From Opitutales bacterium (lineage in GTDB: Bacteria > Verrucomicrobiota > Verrucomicrobiia > Opitutales > Coraliomargaritaceae), in the NCBI GenBank assembly GCA_049606355.1, contig JBMYVL010000005.1, positions 60,001 through 92,000 on the forward strand: a DNA stretch of 32,000 nt. Reading direction: 5' to 3'. Under the pieces are notes generated by a model that saw only the letters and a list, made by a program, of their open reading frames with translations, was not told where the DNA came from and made no database searches. Both the position numbers and the translations under genes were made by a program. Below, one piece after another: positions 27,001 through 32,000 of this stretch. Within the stretch, counting starts at the first letter, position 1. Each line of letters opens with the position of its first letter.

Positions 27001-28959
27001 ATGCGCCTTCGATTCACAACGCTTCTCATTGTTCTCAACCTTATCGCCTTCGGGATTATTTGGATACTCGACACCCGCCACGAGGACGCCGACACCCAGA
27101 TGGGGGGTCTCGCCGGGCGCATTGGGCGAGCCGTCATCGAGGCGAATCGCATCGAACTGGATGGACAAGGCCTACCGGAAGCTCGTGTCCTTGAACGCCG
27201 TGGCTCCGAGTGGACCTTGGCGAAGCCACTGCAATGGCCTGCGAACAGCTTTGCAGTCAACCGCATGCTGAATCAGCTGCAATTTATTGAAGCAGAAGCC
27301 TCCTTCACTATCGAGGAGATCGAGCGCACCGGACAAGGCTTGGCAGACTACGGCCTGGAGACACCGCTCATCAAACTCACCATTGGCAGCAGTGAGAACC
27401 CGACCCAACTGTTCATCGGCAAGCCAACCGATATCGGCAACAACGTGTACCTGCTTGGCCCGGATCAGGCGGAAATTTTTGTCGTCAGTCGTCAAGTAAT
27501 CGACAGCTTACTGGTTGAACTGAGTGACTTGCGCAGTCGTTCGGTATTTAATATCCCGGTATTCGAAGTCGAAGCACTCAGCCTACAAACCTACAACGGC
27601 AGCGCACCTCAAAATGGCGAGCTGAAGGTACGACTGGCGCGCACATCAACAGGCTGGCTATTTGAAGCGCCGTTGAATGCCGAAGCGGATCCGGCTCTCG
27701 TCGCTACAACAATCAATACACTGACCGCAGCGAAGGTGGCGCGTTTTCCGGAAGGAGATGATGCGGTCGTGCAAGGCCTGGAAAACCCCTCGATGCGCAT
27801 CACCCTACAGGGCAACAAGCGGCAGCAAACCTTGCTATTGGGCAACCAAGACCCTGCCGCCCGCACTGAAGCGACTTATTTCGCCAAACTGGAAGACAAT
27901 CCGACAGTTTTCACACTACCCGCGCAGCCCTTCGATGCACTCCGCGAGGCGCAAGCTGCGCTGCGCGAGCGCAACTTTATCAGCTTCGACCCAGCTTCGC
28001 TGAATGGGATTGATATTAGCCAAGGGGAATTACAAATACGTATCCAGAAACTGGAGACAGGCGACTGGCAAGTGATACGAAGTGACTCGGGGACTGCCAT
28101 CCAGTCCTATCAAGCCGATCCAACTATTTTAAGGACCCTCATGCAGGATCTCCGCAATCTTCGTGCGATTAATTTTGCGTCCGATGCGCCCAATTCCAGC
28201 GACCTAGACCAGCTTGGCTTCAATGCCCCGCGGCGCACGATCACGCTGACAAGCCCTACGGAGAGCCTCACAGTGCAATTGGCGCATCCTGAGACGAACA
28301 ATACTCAGCTCTATGCACGTACGAGCGAATTGGAATACATTTACGAAGTGGACCGTCGAGCCACACTTGAACTTCTTTCGCTCAATGCACTCAAATACCG
28401 CGACCGGCGCCTCGAAACACTGCCGGAGGCAGCGCAAATCACGGCGCTCAAACTTGAGAATCTTGAAACCGGTCAAGTTATCTTCGAGGCAGCGCTGAGC
28501 GACGACCGCAGCACATGGGACAGCGAGCTGATGGACCAGGAACCATCCAGACGCGAAAGCATCCTTGCGCTGCTCGAAGCTATGCGTGCCTTCAACGTTA
28601 AAAATTATCTGCTCGATGAATTCCTACCCGCGTATCCGCTCGAACCCAGCAAAACAATTCCGTGGGCCTACCGCCTGACGGCCGACTTACTTCTCCCGGG
28701 CGACGATTTGGGACAACAGGATAGCCGTAGTTACGTTTTTACCAAGCGACTTTCCGGAACCATACAAGTGGGCGGCTCCGAACAGCACGAAACTATCTTT
28801 GAAGTTACGCCCACCATACTCGATGCGCTGTATCACTTTAATGAGAGCATGCAGCTGCCCCCCGAAGCGACCGGCACGCCAGTCCCGACGCCAGCAGCTA
28901 TTGAGAAACTCCCTGCAGCACAACCGATGGACCCATCCGGATTGACGCCGAATTCTTAA
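27001..28959 (+). CDS. DUF4340-like membrane-anchored protein
   Basis: Starts 5 nt after the GldG-like stop. N-terminal anchor LRFTTLLIVLNLIAFGIIWIL. The long, repetitive beta-rich extracytoplasmic region and the position immediately after a GldG-like gene are the usual context of DUF4340. The assignment rests on context plus general resemblance only. Confidence 0.6.
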   Translation: MRLRFTTLLIVLNLIAFGIIWILDTRHEDADTQMGGLAGRIGRAVIEANRIELDGQGLPEARVLERRGSEWTLAKPLQWPANSFAVNRMLNQLQFIEAEASFTIEEIERTGQGLADYGLETPLIKLTIGSSENPTQLFIGKPTDIGNNVYLLGPDQAEIFVVSRQVIDSLLVELSDLRSRSVFNIPVFEVEALSLQTYNGSAPQNGELKVRLARTSTGWLFEAPLNAEADPALVATTINTLTAAKVARFPEGDDAVVQGLENPSMRITLQGNKRQQTLLLGNQDPAARTEATYFAKLEDNPTVFTLPAQPFDALREAQAALRERNFISFDPASLNGIDISQGELQIRIQKLETGDWQVIRSDSGTAIQSYQADPTILRTLMQDLRNLRAINFASDAPNSSDLDQLGFNAPRRTITLTSPTESLTVQLAHPETNNTQLYARTSELEYIYEVDRRATLELLSLNALKYRDRRLETLPEAAQITALKLENLETGQVIFEAALSDDRSTWDSELMDQEPSRRESILALLEAMRAFNVKNYLLDEFLPAYPLEPSKTIPWAYRLTADLLLPGDDLGQQDSRSYVFTKRLSGTIQVGGSEQHETIFEVTPTILDALYHFNESMQLPPEATGTPVPTPAAIEKLPAAQPMDPSGLTPNS

Positions 28960-28963
28960 GGCA

Positions 28964-31672
28964 ATGCCTAAACCACACCGCAGCACTTCGCGCCGGCGAG
29001 TTTCTGAGCAGTGGCTCCGCGCCCTTCTCTTGGTACTCCTCGCCGCACAATGCTTCGCGATTGGCTGCTTACTCGCCTACGAAAAACTTTCCCTACCGAG
29101 TCGATGGGTGAACCCATGGCTGCACAAACAAGCAGTCGACGGCTTCTACTTTCAGACTGAAGCCATCCACCTGCGCCTTAACGGCGACTTGGAGCTGCAC
29201 AAGGTCAGCCTGCACTCGACCGATCATGCTTCAGCCTTACTCGAAGCTGATGGAGCAGTCGCCCGAGCACGACTATTCGATGGTGTCCGCCCCCAACTGG
29301 GCCTTCGCCACCTGGTGCTCACCAATGGCACACTCTACATGCCCGCGGTCTATGCACCCAATGGCGTGCGCACTCCAATCCTGCAAAAAATTGGCTTTCG
29401 CTTCAGTCCGACCGAAGCCGCCTTAAACTTGGAGCACTTCGTCGCGGCGCATGAAGCGATTCGGATTCGAGGGTCACTGCAATGGCCGCTCACAGGCGCA
29501 CCGATCGACCCACCGCAAAAACAAGCGCAATTACTCAAACAGATCTACAGCAGTCTCGCTACCGCCTTAAAAGCCAAGACCTATGCGGCCCTGTTGGATT
29601 CCCCAAGCCTCTATGTTGACCTGCATAGCGAAGACGGCAAAGCGCTACAGATCGATGCACATCTATACAGCCCGAAGCTGGAGTATGCCGGCAGCAGCGG
29701 CAACAACCTGCACGTACAAGGCAAACTGCAGGTCCATGAGGCACGACTCGAATGTACCGAACCGCTGAGCTTTACACTCGAGAATTTTTCTGCACCGCAC
29801 TACGCCCTAAAGGCAGGCTCGATCGTTGGACAATTGCCAGCATTGAATTGGCAAGCGATCACTCAGGGAGCGTGGCCCGCGTTTGATGTCGCCACTGAAT
29901 ATCTGGAATTCAGACAATTCAATCTGCATGCGCCACAGATAAGTATTGATCCGCATCTTTTCCCGACAGTGACATTGGCAGGCGCTATGGGTGGCTATGG
30001 CGGCACTTCGCGTTTTCAAGCTACGCTCGATTTGCAGCAACTAAATGGCCACGCGCACACTCAGGGCACAGTCGATCTGCTGCAGTTGCTACCCTCCGGA
30101 TTACAACAGCACCTCCCCGATTACCGTTTTGAATCGGCTCCCTATTGTGACTTAAAACTACATTTTGAAAACGGGTTTGCGCTGAGCCGTGCCGAATTTC
30201 ATGCGCAGGCCCACAAGCCGCAACTCGCCGGAGTCGCGTTCGATATGCTGCGGACTCGAGGCAGCTATGCGCAGCAGCAATTAGAGCTTAAACAATTCAG
30301 TTTCGATCGTGGTCAACAGCACCTTGACCTACACTTGCACTACGATCTTGAAAACCAGGCCTATCAAACGGGGCTGTACGGTAGCATTATCCCCAACGAA
30401 TACAATGCACTGATGCCACGCTGGTGGCGGAACCTCTTCAACGATAACTTTCGCTTCACTTCCAACAGTGAAGTCCATGGAGACTTTCGTATTCATGGCG
30501 GCAGCTCTCCCTTTCGGACGGATCTCTACTATGGCACGATTCAGGGCAAAGACCTGAGTTACCGAGCGGTACCTATTGATGCAGGCAGCTTAATTGTACG
30601 CGGTCGCCGCAGTTATTCAGAGATCCACCAATTGCATGCACGCAGCGGTGAGGGCTTTTTGCGTGGCGATCTACAATTCACGAGTTTTCGCGATGCAATT
30701 CGAGCACCGGCTTCGATACGCTATGCCATCAATGCTGAGCTGCCGCTCCAATCCGCACAAAAATTAGTGACCCCTACGATCGCCAAAACTATCGAACGCT
30801 TTAGTGCCGAGCAATTGGTTCAGGTCGAATTAAATGGAGCGCAATTCAATGAAGCGCTGTACCCACAATTCGAAGATAAAAGCTTTGTCCACCTCACCGC
30901 GAATTCTAAGGGTCCAATACAGTATGCCCGTGTGCCACTTGATTATCTACGCTTCCGCCTCGACGCCGCACGCCGCTTCACTGCGATGCGCGAATTAACG
31001 TTCGGCTTTGCGAATGGAACCGGCACGGGAGCCATCGACATCGACTCCACGGATAAAAGCCAGCCCGCAGAGTTACACCTGCAGCTCTCTTTGAAAGATG
31101 CGGACTACAAGAAATCCCTGCAATCCATGCCAACGTCAGCAGATCTCGAGCGAAGCCTCGAAACCGCGCCCGAATCATCTCCCGACCAAGGACGGGAGGA
31201 CGCACGAGTCGCCGTCGACTTACACGCGAACGGCCCTGCAGATGATTTGTATCAACTGAACGGATACGGATCTTTCATTGTCAATGATGATGCGCTTGGC
31301 TCGATCCAGTTACTCGGCCCATTATCCAAAGTGCTACAAGAAACACCGCTCGGCTTTACGTCGTTTAATTTAAACCGAATGCATGGTGTTTTTTCGATTG
31401 GCGAAGCGCAACTCGACTTTTCCTCGCTCTCCATCGATGGTCCTCAGGCGAAAATTAATGCATCCGGCACCTTGCAACTACGCGACCATGCCCTGGACAT
31501 GCTAGTCGGCGTCGACCTATTTGGTAACATTGTCGGCACTACCAATGGCGTCCAACAGACCATCAAGATGCTGAATCCGCTCAATTACTTACTGCAGTTT
31601 CAACTTACAGGTACACTGCAGCAGCAGCGCTTCCGGTCGCTCTTCGATCCGCGCAATTTTTTACCGTTCTGA
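28964..31672 (+). CDS. Large (902 aa) membrane-anchored protein, AsmA/YhdP-like (tentative)
   Basis: Starts 4 nt after the DUF4340 stop. Basic N-terminus plus a single TM (WLRALLLVLLAAQCFAIGCLLAY). The body is long and beta-rich with no catalytic motifs. The C-terminal segment FTSFNLNRMHGVFSIGEAQLDFSSLSIDGPQAKINASGTLQLRDHALDMLVGVDLF resembles the AsmA_2 C-terminal region. The CDS itself is solid; the family call is tentative. Confidence 0.55.
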   Translation: MPKPHRSTSRRRVSEQWLRALLLVLLAAQCFAIGCLLAYEKLSLPSRWVNPWLHKQAVDGFYFQTEAIHLRLNGDLELHKVSLHSTDHASALLEADGAVARARLFDGVRPQLGLRHLVLTNGTLYMPAVYAPNGVRTPILQKIGFRFSPTEAALNLEHFVAAHEAIRIRGSLQWPLTGAPIDPPQKQAQLLKQIYSSLATALKAKTYAALLDSPSLYVDLHSEDGKALQIDAHLYSPKLEYAGSSGNNLHVQGKLQVHEARLECTEPLSFTLENFSAPHYALKAGSIVGQLPALNWQAITQGAWPAFDVATEYLEFRQFNLHAPQISIDPHLFPTVTLAGAMGGYGGTSRFQATLDLQQLNGHAHTQGTVDLLQLLPSGLQQHLPDYRFESAPYCDLKLHFENGFALSRAEFHAQAHKPQLAGVAFDMLRTRGSYAQQQLELKQFSFDRGQQHLDLHLHYDLENQAYQTGLYGSIIPNEYNALMPRWWRNLFNDNFRFTSNSEVHGDFRIHGGSSPFRTDLYYGTIQGKDLSYRAVPIDAGSLIVRGRRSYSEIHQLHARSGEGFLRGDLQFTSFRDAIRAPASIRYAINAELPLQSAQKLVTPTIAKTIERFSAEQLVQVELNGAQFNEALYPQFEDKSFVHLTANSKGPIQYARVPLDYLRFRLDAARRFTAMRELTFGFANGTGTGAIDIDSTDKSQPAELHLQLSLKDADYKKSLQSMPTSADLERSLETAPESSPDQGREDARVAVDLHANGPADDLYQLNGYGSFIVNDDALGSIQLLGPLSKVLQETPLGFTSFNLNRMHGVFSIGEAQLDFSSLSIDGPQAKINASGTLQLRDHALDMLVGVDLFGNIVGTTNGVQQTIKMLNPLNYLLQFQLTGTLQQQRFRSLFDPRNFLPF

Positions 31673-31676
31673 CGCC

Positions 31677-32000
31677 TTACTGCTTTAACTTCAAAAAGTG
31701 GTCCCACTCACGGTCATAGCTCTGCCCGATTAACGAGCTAATAAAAGGGCGCCAGCGGGGACGCTCTGGCTTACGGATCAAATGCATACTGGCCTGATGT
31801 GGCAGACGGTTGGCCTTCCGAGAATTACATTGTATGCATGAGGTCACGATATTTTCCCACGAGGTACGGCCACCCCGATCACGCGGAATCACGTGATCCA
31901 TGTTGAGCTCTTTGGCCTCGAAGGCGTGTCCACAATATTGGCAGCGGTAGCTATCTCGCTCAAAGAGATTTTCTCGTGTAAACTTAACCTCTTGTGCCGG
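31677..32000 (-). CDS. HNH endonuclease (McrA-like small HNH protein), 5' end beyond the window
   Basis: The minus-strand frame stays open to nt 32000 upstream of the listed Met: ...ERDSYRCQYCGHAFEAKELNMDHVIPRDRGGRTSWENIVTSCIQCNSRKANRLP. This gives a CxxC...DH...N...CxxCN HNH/zinc-finger pattern. The stop lies 4 nt from the convergent AsmA-like stop. Confidence 0.85.
   Translation of the reverse strand, partial: PAQEVKFTRENLFERDSYRCQYCGHAFEAKELNMDHVIPRDRGGRTSWENIVTSCIQCNSRKANRLPHQASMHLIRKPERPRWRPFISSLIGQSYDREWDHFLKLKQ

Overview
GC-rich, tightly packed bacterial chromosomal segment with coding on both strands and many 1-8 nt gene overlaps. I support 26 protein-coding genes, one tRNA-Pro(GGG), three intrinsic-terminator-like hairpins, one operator-like palindrome and one pair of short direct repeats. 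Gene order, left to right: (1) AraC-type regulator (partial). (2) Operon of porin, FMN_bind protein, PepSY_TM protein and ApbE flavin transferase. (3) rsmE and a DEAD-box helicase (minus strand). (4) gluQ. (5) Thioredoxin-fold protein. (6) YugP-type Zn peptidase. (7) Secreted S1 protease and secreted S8/PA-domain protease, convergent on tRNA-Pro. (8) IMPase-family phosphatase and APH-fold kinase (minus, overlapping). (9) GH20 hexosaminidase. (10) DUF481-like outer-membrane barrel, RNase Y, PolX and an integron-integrase-like recombinase (all minus). (11) An AT-rich 330-nt spacer. (12) RNase D (minus). (13) A five-gene plus-strand operon: ABC ATPase, ABC-2 permease, GldG-like, DUF4340 and a 902-aa AsmA-like protein. 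(14) HNH endonuclease (partial, minus). Taxonomy is inference only. RNase Y plus PolX, the GldG/DUF4340 cluster, secreted enzymes with DxDxDG...EF..G.DP modules and an N-terminally extended IntI-like recombinase suggest a PVC-group (Verrucomicrobiota-like) organism. I saw no CRISPR array, rRNA, IS/transposase, prophage, toxin-antitoxin pair or recognisable defence system. Most worth follow-up: (a) the IntI-like recombinase, which has no cassette array, apparent active-site substitutions and an 8-nt overlap with polX, together with the AT-rich spacer next to it; (b) the ABC/GldG/DUF4340 operon that ends in an AsmA-like protein; (c) the porin-linked extracytoplasmic flavinylation operon and its structured leader. 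All family assignments come from motif recognition by eye, not from database searches.
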